A DNA stretch of 64,000 nt from Planktothrix sp. GU0601_MAG3 (lineage in GTDB: Bacteria > Cyanobacteriota > Cyanobacteriia > Cyanobacteriales > Microcoleaceae). A model generated the notes under the pieces. That model did no database searches. It was not told the origin of the DNA and saw only the letters and a program-made list of their open reading frames with translations. This document shows, piece by piece, positions 21,357-32,729 of this stretch. The stretch covers positions 4,308,578 through 4,372,577 of the forward strand of contig CP136572.1 in the NCBI GenBank assembly GCA_035193785.1, in the 5' to 3' direction. The translations under genes were made by a program, and so were the position numbers. How positions within the stretch are numbered: position 1 is the first letter of the stretch; every line of letters starts with the position of its first letter.

Positions 21357-21652
21357 TGACTTGAGATTTTGCGATCGCCGGGCTAATCTTCTAACTAACT
21401 ATCAGCTAACGGTGCTTTATCTCTACTATTACTTACTTTTTTCCTAGGGATATGTGTTTATCTGTATTAAGGTATAACCTAAACTTGTATGTCTCGAATC
21501 TTATCGAATTTTCAAAACCTCGCCTATAATATAACACGATCTTGTTCATGTCATCGGGATTGGCCAATATTGGATTGACTTGGCGAAGTAGAGGAAAAAA
21601 CGTAACTGTTAACCGTTAACTGTTAACTGTGAACAAATTATCAGGAGATTGT

Positions 21653-22811
21653 ATGAAAATTGGCATTGCTAAGGAAAGTCAGGTAGATGAACGGCGAGTT
21701 GCCCTCATCCCTGATGTTGTCGCCCGTTTGGTTAAACAGGGTGTAGAAGTGTGGGTGGAGTCAGGGGCCGGGGAGCGGGCCTGTTTTTCCGATGGAACCT
21801 ATGAACAGGCGGGGGCAAAAATCGTTGATCAGGGGACACTTTGGGGCGAAGTGGACGTCCTGCTGAAAGTCGGGGTATTGCAGGACTCAGAAGTCTATCA
21901 ACTCAAGTCTGGCGGGGTGTTAATCACCTTTTTGAACCCCCTGGGAAATCCTGAATTAATTCAGAAACTGGCGGCCCAGAACGTGACTTCCTTTAGTATG
22001 GAACTGATCCCCCGTACCAGTCGCGCCCAAAGCATGGATGCCTTGTCCTCTCAAGCGAACCTGGCCGGATATAAGGCGGTATTAATTGCCGCCGCAGCCC
22101 TACCGAAATATTTCCCCATGTTAACCACGGCCGCCGGAACCATTCGTCCCGCTAAGGTGTTAATTTTGGGGGCGGGGGTCGCTGGGTTACAGGCGATCGC
22201 CACGGCCCGACGTTTGGGTGCTATTGTCGAGGGGTTTGATATCCGTCCCGAAGTCAAAGAACAGGTACAAAGTTTGGGGGCTAAGTTTGTAGATGTGTCC
22301 CTAGAGGAAGATACCGTAGCCGAGGGGGGTTATGCCAAGGAAATTTCCGAAAAAGCCAAGGAACGCACCCGGGAAGTCCTGAGCCAGCACGTCGCGGCTT
22401 CTGATGTGGTGGTGACAACGGCCCAAGTTCCGGGGAGAAAGGCTCCCGTATTGGTGACGGAGGATATGGTAGCCCAAATGAAACCGGGTTCGGTGATCGT
22501 TGATTTGGCTGCGGAAACAGGGGGGAAACTGTGAATGCAGCGAAGCCGGGAAAGATGTAGTTAAACATGGCGTGACCATTATTGGGCCGATTAATTTGCC
22601 ATCTTCCATGCCCATTCATGCCAGTGAAGTTTATGCTAAAAATATTTCGGCTTTATTGGCATTAATGATTAATAAAGATAAGCAACTGGAGATTAATTTT
22701 GCTGATGATATTCTCGATGGTTCTTGTGTGACCCATAACGGTGAAATTCGTTCTGAAAGAGTCAAACAAGCCTTAACCCAAAGTCCTCAACAGTCCCCTG
22801 TCAACAGTTAA
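21653..22811 (+). CDS. pntA: NAD(P) transhydrogenase alpha subunit, domain I (indel near 22520)
   Basis: ERRVALIP, RAQSMDALSSQAN, GAGVAGLQAIATA, DLAAE.GGNC. Confidence 0.95.
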
Positions 22812-22831
22812 CTGTCAATTGTTCTGAAATT

Positions 22832-23128
22832 ATGACTACTGAAACATTGATTTCCGCATTGTTTGTGTTTGTTTTAGCGACCTTTGCGGGGTTTGAAGTA
22901 ATTACAAAGGTTCCGCCCACTCTCCATACTCCCCTAATGTCGGGGGCAAATGCGATTTCAGGAATTTCCGTTTTAGGAGCGTTAATTATTGCGGGCGATC
23001 GCGATTGGAATGTCACCGTGATTCTGGGATTTATCGCGATTATTCTGGCTATGATTAACGTTGTCGGTGGCTTTTTGGTTACAGATCGGATGCTGGAAAT
23101 GTTCAAGAAAAAAGAGGTTAAAGCCTAA
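22832..23128 (+). CDS. NAD(P) transhydrogenase alpha subunit, membrane part
   Basis: VPPTLHTPLMSGANAISG, NVVGGFLVTDRMLEMF. Confidence 0.95.
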   Translation: MTTETLISALFVFVLATFAGFEVITKVPPTLHTPLMSGANAISGISVLGALIIAGDRDWNVTVILGFIAIILAMINVVGGFLVTDRMLEMFKKKEVKA

Positions 23129-24532
23129 TGGATATTCGCTTAACGGGCATACAACTTAGTTATTTAGTAGCCGTCACCTTCTTTTTCTTTGGATTGAAAA
23201 AATTAGGATCTCCTGCAACGGCTAGAAGTGGCAATTTATGGGCAGCTATCGGGATGTTAATTGCCGTGGTTGCTACTATGTTAGATCGGCAGGTTTTAAA
23301 CTATGAATGGGTCGTTCTTGCCTTAGTCATTGGTTCGGTGATTGGGGCAGTGATGGCCTATAAAATTCAAATGACAGAAATGCCCCAAATGGTGGGGTTA
23401 CTCAACGGTTTGGGGGGTGCCGCTTCTTCTATGGTGGCGGTGGGAGAATTCTGGCGCTATTTAGCCCTAGCAGAAACTCCCCCTTTAGGCACAACAATTA
23501 CCGCAATTTTAGGGGTATTAATTGGGGGAATAACCTTTACAGGTTCGATGATTGCCTTTGCTAAATTGCAAGGGATTATGAGTGGTTCTCCGATATTATT
23601 TCCCCTGCAACAACAGTTTAATATTCTGCTGTTTGTTGCTTTTGGACTAGGCAGTATTTATATCTGCATCACACCTTTTAATGTAGCGGTGTTTTTAGGG
23701 TTAGTCTTCATTTCCCTAATTTTGGGGGTGTTATTTGTCATTCCCATCGGGGGTGGCGATATGCCCGTGGTGATTTCTCTGTTAAATTCTTTTTCTGGGT
23801 TAGCAGCATCAGCCGCCGGGTTTGTGGTGATGAACAACCTGTTAATCATTGCTGGGGCGTTAGTGGGGGCGTCGGGGATTATCCTAACGGTGATTATGTG
23901 TAAGGCGATGAACCGTTCTTTAACTAACGTGCTATTTGCCGGATTTGGAACCGGAGAAAGCGGTTTCTGGGACTGTTAGTGGGGTGGGTTCGACGGATCA
24001 AACCATCCGCAGTATTGACGCCGAGGAAGGGGCGATGATGTTGGGATATGCCCGTTCTGTGGTGATTGTACCCGGATATGGCATGGCCGTAGCCCAAGCC
24101 CAGCATAGTGTTAAGGAGTTGGTGGATCAGTTAGAAAGTAATGGGGTGGATGTCAAATATGCGATTCATCCCGTGGCGGGACGGATGCCGGGGCACATGA
24201 ATGTGCTGTTAGCGGAGGCGAATGTTCCCTATCCTCAGCTATATGATATGGATGACATTAACCCGCAGTTTGATCAAACCGATGTGGCGTTAGTTATCGG
24301 AGCGAATGATGTGGTTAACCCAGCGGCACGGGAAGATAAAAATAGTCCCATTTATGGGATGCCGATTTTGGATGTGGACAAAGCTAAACATACCATTGTG
24401 ATTAAACGCGGTATGAGCACTGGGTTTGCTGGGGTGGAAAATGACCTGTTTTATAAGGATAAAACCATGATGTTGTTTGGCAGTGCTAAGGATGTTGTGG
24501 CTAAGTTAGTTTCGGAAGTTAAACAACTGTAG
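23128..24532 (+). CDS. pntB: NAD(P) transhydrogenase beta subunit (indel near 23965)
   Basis: IGGGDMPVVISLLNS, CKAMNRS, VPGYGMAVAQAQ, HPVAGRMPGHMNVLLAEA. Confidence 0.96.
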
Positions 24533-24542
24533 TCCTGGTTGA

Positions 24543-24597
24543 TTGACAAAATCATACTGGTTGGTTATCTTGAAATCATCGAACCAGTATGATTTTG
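24543..24597 (+). promoter_or_regulatory. Sigma70-type promoter overlapped by a perfect 16-bp inverted repeat
   Basis: TTGACA (24543-48), 17-nt spacer, TATCTT (24566-71); CAAAATCATACTGGTT (24547-62) / AACCAGTATGATTTTG (24582-97). Confidence 0.7.
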
Positions 24598-24619
24598 CAA
24601 AAATAATCCCAAAAATGCA

Positions 24620-25925
24620 ATGTTGATAGAATTTCGAGTAGCCAACTACAGATCAATTGGTGAAGAACAAGTGTTAAGCTTGGTTCCTGCCCCAAAGCAA
24701 AAGGAGCATTCTGAGAATATTATTCAAAGGGGAAAGCATCAGTCTTTAAATGCTGTGGCTATATATGGTGCTAACGCTAGTGGAAAATCCAACCTGTTGA
24801 AAGCAATGGGTATATTAGGAAAATTAATTAATTTTTCTGCGCGTTTCTCTTCGACAACAAAGTTACCATACGACCCTTTTTTACTTAGAGAAGATTGGAT
24901 TAATAAACCTACTTTTTTGGAAATTGTTTTTTTAATTGCAGAAGATAGATACAGATATGGAATTGAGTTCAACCAAAATGAAATACTTTCAGAATGGTTA
25001 TTTAGAAAATCTATAGGAAGGGAAGTTAACTTATTTCAAAGAAGCCAAGATATAATTGATGTTTCTTCGGGTTTAAAAGCTTCTTCAAAGATTATTGATG
25101 CTGCAATAGAAGGAACAAGAGACAACGGATTATTTTTATCAACTTGCGATATATTAAATATTGAAGAAGCAAAAAATATTCTTCATTGGTTCAAGAAATA
25201 TACAATCATCGACGGATTAAATACAGAGAATGAGGCAATCAAAACCATTAGTCTTTGGGACGATCAAGAATATCGCCAAAAAATTAAGGAATATTTTACT
25301 AGCCTAAATTTTGGAATTATTGATTTAGAGGTTTCAAGACCAAGATTTTGATCCATTAGAATTGTCAGAAAAAATACCAGATGAATTTAAGAATTTTTTG
25401 ATTAACGAACTCACCGGAGCGAAAAAATATACTGTCTATTCAACACATCGTATTTATGACAGTCAAGGCCAAGAAACTCAAGAATCAAAAGATTGGGAAT
25501 TAAATAAAAATGAATCCCCAGGAACTCAAAAAGTATTTCATTTAAGCGGGCCTATACTATGGACTTTGATGAATGGAGGTATATTAATTATTGACGAAAT
25601 AGAAGGAAAATTGCATCCGATAATCACGCTTCATACAATCAATATGTTTTTGAATAATAAGACTAACCCTAATCATGCTCAATTAATTTTTGCTACCCAT
25701 GATACTAATTTATTGTCCTATGCTAATTTGAGAAGAGATCAGATATATTTTACTGAAAAAAATCATTGGGAGTCAACGGAATTTTATTCTTTATCTGATT
25801 TTATTTATATGGGTAAAAAAAACGGGGTATCTGAAAAAGAAAGACCCGATACAGATAAAGAAAAAAGGTATTTTGAAGGTAGATATGGAGCAATTCCAGT
25901 TTTGGGAAATTTTAATCTAGTGTAA
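24620..25925 (+). CDS. RloA/AbiLi-like AAA_21 ATPase (indel near 25340)
   Basis: EFRVANYRSI, Walker A GANASGKSN, signature-like ESPGT, Walker B IIDEIE, FATHD, C-terminal YFEGRYGAIP. Confidence 0.88.
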
Positions 25926-25937
25926 TTAAAAAAAGCA

Positions 25938-26684
25938 ATGGCAAGGAAAGGTAAGTTAGGAAAAAAGGCAACTAAAGAAACAATTGAACGTCCAAAAAGA
26001 CTGAAGCCCTACGAATACTTTTTTTTAATTGTTTGTGAAGATGAAAAAACTGAGCCAGAATATTTTCAACAATTTGTAGATCTGTTTCCCGAGCGCACAT
26101 TGTATGTAAGACCAGTAGGTACAGGTTTATCACCGTTAGGTGTTGTCAATCGAGCAATTATTGAAAAAGCTAAATTAGAAGCAGAATCTAAAAAAGAGTT
26201 TGGCAGAGATGATGCTGTTTGGGTTGTTTTTGATAAAGATGATGCTGATCTAAATGATACTACAAGACGGAATTTTGATGAAGCATTTAAAATAGCAAAA
26301 CAAAATAAATTTGAAATCGCATACAGTAACGAAGCTTTTGAGCTTTGGTTTTTACTACACCTAGAAGAAGTGCCTTCACATCCTCCTATTCCTAGATCGG
26401 ATATTTACACTCGTCTAGGAGAACTTATAAGGCAAAATCCCAATGAGTCTAATTTCTTATACGATCATGGTAATATAGAAATAGTTGAAAAAATAAACCA
26501 ATTTGGTAACGAATTAAACGCAATTGAACGGGCTGAAATTCTTTTACAAGCACAAAAGGGAGTTGCACCAATACAAGCTAATCCCAGTACAAAAGTTCAT
26601 TTACTTGTCCAAGAGTTAAGAGAGTGGATTCGTTACTATACTCCCGATTGTGCCACAGAAACCGGATTTCTCAACAAATCTTGA
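25938..26684 (+). CDS. RloB/AbiLii-like TOPRIM-fold protein
   Basis: IVCEDEKTEPEYF, WVVFDKD, SNEAFELWFLLH, NPST.V..LV. Confidence 0.88.
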   Translation: MARKGKLGKKATKETIERPKRLKPYEYFFLIVCEDEKTEPEYFQQFVDLFPERTLYVRPVGTGLSPLGVVNRAIIEKAKLEAESKKEFGRDDAVWVVFDKDDADLNDTTRRNFDEAFKIAKQNKFEIAYSNEAFELWFLLHLEEVPSHPPIPRSDIYTRLGELIRQNPNESNFLYDHGNIEIVEKINQFGNELNAIERAEILLQAQKGVAPIQANPSTKVHLLVQELREWIRYYTPDCATETGFLNKS

Positions 26685-26721
26685 TGGGATACAATTAATC
26701 TTAATTATAAACCCGGTTTCT
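26657..26721. repeat. REP-like 65-bp element, family B, overlapping the RloB-like 3' end
   Basis: agaaaccggatttct...aaacccggtttct with the same internal gatgggatacaattaa as the 20676 copy. Confidence 0.85.
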
Positions 26722-26729
26722 TGAATACT

Positions 26730-27918
26730 CTACTTTAAAGAATTAAGATGACGATTCATATTATTTAAGTCAATTTCTAAGCGTCGATAATCTCCCGCCG
26801 ATAATAGGGGATCTTTACGAGATTTTAATACCTGTTTCTATGGGTAGAATCCGAAACTGATATTTCCCATTCTGCTCATAGCGATGTACCCAAGTGGGTA
26901 GGGTTTGAATGTCTTTAATTTCAATGGTTTTATCGGGAAAATTCTTTAAAATATTCACTTTAAAAATCAGCCCCAAATCTCGATATTTTTCCCGTTGATT
27001 GGAGACAAAATTTCCCATAGAATAAATAACGACGGCTTTTTTCGGCTTTCCTAATTTCCCGGTTTGTTCAAAAATTTGATAGGGTTGCACAACATGGGGA
27101 TGACTCCCTAAAATAATATCAGCCCCGGCATCAACTAACTGTTTCACTAGGGTTTTTTGGGCGGTATTCGGTTGACGTTGATATTCTGAACCAAAATGTA
27201 AAATAACCGTGACCACATCTACCCCTAATTTCCGAGCTTTAGTAATATCTTGGGTAATTTTTTTAGCATCTATTAATGAGACTAAATAATTTTTACCCTT
27301 GGGAATCGGGATACCATTAGTACCATAACTATAAGCAAAAATTGCCATAGAAATATTATTTTTTTCAACAATAACTATTTTTTCAGCTTCCTCAACCGAG
27401 GCGGCGGTTCCCACGGAAATTAAACCTCGTTTTTTCACATTTTCCAAGGTTTTTAAAACCCCTTTTTCTCCCCGATCCAAAGAATGATTATTTGTAGTTG
27501 AGATAATATTAAATCCGGCTTTAGCGATCGCATCTGCTAAAGAATCTGGAGCATTAAATAAAGGATATCCTGTATATCCGGTTTTGGGGCCTGCCAGGGT
27601 GGTTTCTAAATTGCCAATTACCCAATCTCCCGAGGATAAAATGCCCTTAACTTCCTTAAAGAAATTATCATAATTGTAGGTTTTTGTAGTTGGGTTATAA
27701 CCGGATTTAATTTGAGATCCGTGCATCATAATATCCCCCACGGCGATTAATTCTGCTTCTTTGGTATAAGGTTGGGGTTTGGGGGGTTGAGGTTTAATAA
27801 TTTCTGCGGCGACTTCTGTTGTTTTTGTTGGATTTGGATTACCACATCCCCCGATAAAAATAAAAAAACCACTGGTTAATATTAAAGTCATCCATCTACT
27901 TTTAAAAATCATATCCAT
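26730..27918 (-). CDS. CapA (PGA_cap) family metallophosphoesterase-like lipoprotein (indel near 26830)
   Basis: Lipobox-like IGGC; VGDIM, GNLET, NNHSLD, HFG.EY, GSHPHV, YSMGNF; alternate frame continues LKSRKDPLLS...HLNSLK to 26730. Confidence 0.88.
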
Positions 27919-28125
27919 AAATTCATTTTCACCCTAGAATTTTGATGATTTTACCGCAATTGTTACCCCGATCAGAGCAATCATTGGGCCAGTCCCAGAT
28001 GGGTAATTGGTTTTGATTGATCAGAGCATGGGGTAATTTATTAAGAATCCGATCGCTTGGATGTAGGGTAAACTATAGGGGATGGGTTGGAGAACTCGGA
28101 CTTGGTTAAGCAGACAAAGCTATTC

Positions 28126-30595
28126 ATGCAAAATTATCAACGGACTGATGCTGGTGTGGTCTCGGATCGACGCCCGAATTTTTTGGCCTGGATATCCCGC
28201 AGCAGCGTTATTCTAACTTTAGTATTACTTTCGGCGGGGGTCAGCATGGCCCAGTCCCCAGCCCCCAAGTCTCCAGAAACCGAAACCCACCACTCCCACA
28301 AAAACCCTATCCCCCAAGGAGCGGCTGGAACTCGAACAACTGCGACAACAGCAGCTTTTGCAGGAACAGGTGCAAGCAGAAGCTCAACGCACCTTTAAAC
28401 AGACAATGACGCTGTTTAATCTCCTGTTAGGATTGTTAGGGGTTTTATTAGCAGCAACCCTGGTGGGATTATGGTTATTACGGCGTTCCGTTGTCCGAGA
28501 AGTAACCGTTATTGTGAAAAATCATCTGAATGAATTAGGGGATTTAGAAGGAAAAATTGCCGCCGCCAATCAACAAATGCAAGCGGTAATTCAAGAAACT
28601 GATCGGATTGCTCAAGACCTGAATGCAGAAGCGGATGATTTTGAGGATGAATTGGGAAACCGTCGCGATCAAATTGGGGAATGGTTAACCGAATTATCCC
28701 AAGTTCGTCAAGGTGCATTACAAAATTTTCAAAAGGAAACTCAGGAAGTTACCCAGGAACTTCATCGCCTAGAAATTGAGTTTTCTCAACAATTGGCAGG
28801 GTTACAAAATCGCGCCAGTAATCAACAGGATTTAATCTTGCAAAATTTAGATCAACTGGGCACAAATTATGCTAATCATGTTGCTGGGTTGCAGGCGGAT
28901 GTGGATGGTCAAAAAAATACGGTTTTAGAGAATTTTAAACAATCAGAAGCAACTTTAACGAGCCAATTATCCGAGTTACAAATTCAAGTTCAAAATCAAC
29001 GCGATCGCCTATTCAAAACTCTTGAACAGGTAAGTACGGAATTTAAAAGCACCGTATCCGGTTGGCAAACCGATGTAGAAGGTCAAAAAAATACCGTGGG
29101 CAAGAATTTACAACAAATTGAAACCGAATTAGCTCAGGAGTTATCCCAACTGCAAAAACAGGCGGAAACCCAAAAAGATCGGGTTTTTGCCCGTTTAGAA
29201 CGCTATGAAACGGATTTCGCCCCGCAACTAGAAGAAATTAGAATTAAGTCGGAACAAAAAGCTCAGGAACAAATTGATTTAGCTCTGAAAAATTTAGAGA
29301 AATTTGGCAATGATGCGGTGACTCAACTCTCCGATTCCCAGGGCAGAATTCAAGGACAAATGGAGCAGAAACTCCAACGGATTCAACAGTTAGAACAGCA
29401 AGCGGAAACTCAACTAGCAACCTATCAACAACAATTACAGGTTCAAGTCGATGAAAAGTTACAAAGATTACAACAATTAGAAGCGGAATATGCCGCCATA
29501 ATTGCCGATAGTCAAACGGGATGGAAAACCCAAAAAGAACGCATTGTCCAACGGTTAGAGAAGTTTGATCAAGATGTCAATGGGGTAATTGAACAGTTAA
29601 GAGGAGATTTGCAAACCCGCAAGGATTCTACTTTTAGTAAATTGGATAAATTTGATTTAATGTTAACGGAGCAGATCACAGAAGTTCAGGCGGATGCTAA
29701 TGCTCAAAAGGCGGGTATTTTCCAAGAATTGGTGGCAATGCAGTCGGAAGCTTTGGCGAGAAAAGATGAAATTCTCCAACAGTTATTAGCTGTTGCGCCA
29801 ACGGATTTAATGGAATCGGCGGTGTCAGAAATGATGCAGAAAATTGACACCATTTCCGAGCAATTGGATCGGTTAAAATCCAATAAACCGGAGTTATTTT
29901 TAAAGGTTGATGATTATGTTCAACGGGGGAATTTATTGTTTGCTGAAGGTCGTTATGAAGATGCTTTAGCCACCTTTCATCAAGTAGTAGAATTGCAGCC
30001 TAATGATTATCGATCTTGGCTAAATCGAGGCATGGCATTGAGTCGCTTAAAACGTCAGAATGAGGCGATCGCATCCTATAAAAAAGCCCTAGAAATCAAG
30101 CCAGATTATCACCAAGCCTGGGTCGATTTAGGTGTAGCCTATGGCAAATTACAAAAACATCAAGAAGCCTTTGAAGCCTTTGATCAAGCGGTGAAAGCCA
30201 AACCAGAAGATAGCGTGGCTTGGTTAAATCGGGGCATGGCATTACAAGCAATTGAAAGATATCAAGATGCGGCAACATCCTTTGATAAGGCGATTGAATT
30301 TGACCCGGATAATTCTAAAGCCTGGAATTATCGCGGTTATGTTTTAATTAAGTTAAAACGGGGAAAAGAAGCGCTGGAAAGTTTAGAGCGGACGTTAACT
30401 TTAAAGCCAGATTATGCCGATGCTTATTATAACAAAGCAATTATTTATGCCCAACAACGTCAAACGGAATTAGCCGTTGAAAATTTGGAGCAAGCAATTG
30501 ATCTGAGCACCCGTTATCGAGAGGAGGCCAAAACCGACCCGGATTTATATGCAATTATTAAGTTTTTGCGTCCGAAAGCTAAACTTCAATCCTAA
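28126..30595 (+). CDS. Membrane-anchored long coiled-coil protein with C-terminal TPRs (indel near 28290)
   Basis: Signal-like N terminus, one TM helix, about 480 aa of Q/E/L-rich coil, about six TPRs (W.NRG.AL...AI...P). Confidence 0.82.
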
Positions 30596-30611
30596 TAACC
30601 CCGTTGTTGGG

Positions 30612-30719
30612 CTGTTGTTGGGCTTTAGCCCCTCCTAATTGTTAGGCTTTAGCCCCTTTAGCCCCTCCTAATTGTTACGATAACCTCCCTAAGAAGAATG
30701 GGCTAAAGCCCAACAACAG
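30612..30719. repeat. REP/MITE-like element with perfect 20-bp terminal inverted repeats
   Basis: CTGTTGTTGGGCTTTAGCCC (30612-31) / GGGCTAAAGCCCAACAACAG (30700-19); internal duplications of ctttagcccc. Confidence 0.85.
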
Positions 30720-30744
30720 TGCCTTTCTTAAAATTTTAATAGTT

Positions 30745-32571
30745 ATGACCCTAGAAAATAACCCTCCCAACCCTGTTCAAATTTCCCTAAATTTGTCGGG
30801 AGGAATTGCCCTCGGAGCCTATATGGCTGGAGTGTGTTTTGAATTAGTTAGACAAGCCAGAAAAGACAATTCTCCCCTATTAATTGATGTGATTACCGGA
30901 GCATCTGCTGGGGCGATGAGCGGAGCAATTACAGCTTATTATTTATTAAATCGAGGGATTACTGATCCTGAGTATGAATCCCAAAATCTCTTACAAAGAG
31001 CTTGGGTAGAAAAAGCGGATATGAAAGATATTGATACGGTTTTCGCCATAGAAGATTACCGTCAAGTTTTGAAGAATTTATTTAAAAGTCAAAATGAAAG
31101 TTTATTATCTCAAAAAGGAATTAAAAATATTGCTAATTTAATTGCGGAAAATACCGAGCAACTAAAAGTTCATCAACCCTTAGCCTTAGTAATGACGGTT
31201 ACGAATTTACAAGGGCTGTTAGTCACCCACGAAAACAAATGTCGCAATTTTTCCGGTATTCCCGCCGTTAACCATGCAGAAACCCGGCAGTTTTTGTTTC
31301 ATTCCGAGTTAAATCGTCAAGGCGATCGCTTACAAAAAATCTGGAAAAAAGTAATTGATACCAGCCTAATTTCGGGGGCATTTCCCGTTGCTTTTCCTCC
31401 GATTCAAGATTCATCTAATGTTAAAAGTTATAACTTAAAAAATCTGAGTCCAGCTTATTTTACAATATGTGATGAATCCAGAAAACAACAGCTAGATCCG
31501 AATCTACCGATGTTTTGTACCCAGGAAACTCTCAGATTTTGGTATAGTGATGGGGGAATTTTAGATAATTTACCCATTCTCAAAGCCATTGATTTAGAAG
31601 CCAGGATTCATTTAAGTTCTTTGCCTAATTCAGAGTATTTAATCCAAGAAGAGGGGGCGGATTTTATTAAATTTAGTCATGATTTTAACAGCAAAATTAA
31701 AGCGGAAAGAGATCGGCGAATTTATGCTTATGTTTCTCCCTCATCTTTGGAAAATTTAGAAAGTAGACCCAGCTTAAAAAAGAACTATTTTAATCTATTT
31801 GATTTATTATTTGATGGGTTGAATATTCCTTCTGCTCAACAGGATGCGATGCAGTTAAAACGGATTGTGGAAATTAATCAACAAGTGGATTATAAAGAAA
31901 ATATATTATCCCTTTTAGAAACTTTATCCCCCAACCAGTCCGGGGAAACTATCTCTCAAATAAAAACTGACCTAGAAAAAGCTATCCCCTATCATCATAT
32001 CCAATTATCGCCCATTACACCCTTAATTTTAAATCAAATTCCAGGGATTGAAAATACAGAAGCGCGATCGCAATTAGAAAATCTCTATAAAAAATTCCGA
32101 TATTTATTCAAAACGCCTCTGGTCGAGAAAGCTACAAACGTTGATCAACTATTAGCTTCAGATTTTCTCAACGCCTTTGGAGGATTTTTTGATAGAAAAT
32201 ATCGAGAACAGGATTTTATTTTAGGAAGACTTTGTGGTTTAACTTGGCTCCACTTGAATTTTGATTCTATTGATACCCAAAGTTCAATTTTAAGGTTAAA
32301 TCAAATCTTTGATTCTGGTAAAATTCAATTTGATAATCCCAAGGTTAAAGACTTAAAAATTAGCTATAGAATCCGCTTAATTAGACTATTAGTTAGGGGA
32401 TTAAGAATGATGACTTCCCAAACCCGAATAAAAAATAGTAGTAAAATTTTACTTGGGTTATTTCAAGTAATTTTACTGCCATTATTTATATTAATAGAAC
32501 TTTTATTAACTTTGGTTTTAACGTTTACTGAAATGATCGAAATTTTCTGGGAAAAAATTAATCGAAAATAG
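30745..32571 (+). CDS. Patatin-like phospholipase with C-terminal hydrophobic helix
   Basis: SGGIALGAY glycine loop, GASAG nucleophile, SGAFP.AFPP, DGG. Confidence 0.88.
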   Translation: MTLENNPPNPVQISLNLSGGIALGAYMAGVCFELVRQARKDNSPLLIDVITGASAGAMSGAITAYYLLNRGITDPEYESQNLLQRAWVEKADMKDIDTVFAIEDYRQVLKNLFKSQNESLLSQKGIKNIANLIAENTEQLKVHQPLALVMTVTNLQGLLVTHENKCRNFSGIPAVNHAETRQFLFHSELNRQGDRLQKIWKKVIDTSLISGAFPVAFPPIQDSSNVKSYNLKNLSPAYFTICDESRKQQLDPNLPMFCTQETLRFWYSDGGILDNLPILKAIDLEARIHLSSLPNSEYLIQEEGADFIKFSHDFNSKIKAERDRRIYAYVSPSSLENLESRPSLKKNYFNLFDLLFDGLNIPSAQQDAMQLKRIVEINQQVDYKENILSLLETLSPNQSGETISQIKTDLEKAIPYHHIQLSPITPLILNQIPGIENTEARSQLENLYKKFRYLFKTPLVEKATNVDQLLASDFLNAFGGFFDRKYREQDFILGRLCGLTWLHLNFDSIDTQSSILRLNQIFDSGKIQFDNPKVKDLKISYRIRLIRLLVRGLRMMTSQTRIKNSSKILLGLFQVILLPLFILIELLLTLVLTFTEMIEIFWEKINRK

Positions 32572-32600
32572 AGGATAGATTGTGGATAGTAAACCTAGAT

Positions 32601-32715
32601 TAGATCCCCCTAAATCCCCCTTAAAAAGGGGGGCTTTGATCCCCTAAATCCCTGTTTTTAAGCAGGATTTTAATTCATGTATCCCCCTTTTTTTTTGGAG
32701 GTTAGGGGGGATCTA
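32601..32715. repeat. Cyanobacterial CCCCC-TTAAAAA-GGGGG-type palindromic element
   Basis: TAGATCCCCC...GGGGGATCTA termini enclosing internal hairpins. Confidence 0.8.
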
Positions 32716-32729
32716 AAACTATAAAAAAA

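Noticed and set aside
22832..23128. Split pntA as an anomaly
   Set aside because: A three-gene transhydrogenase with a separate small alpha membrane subunit is a known arrangement.
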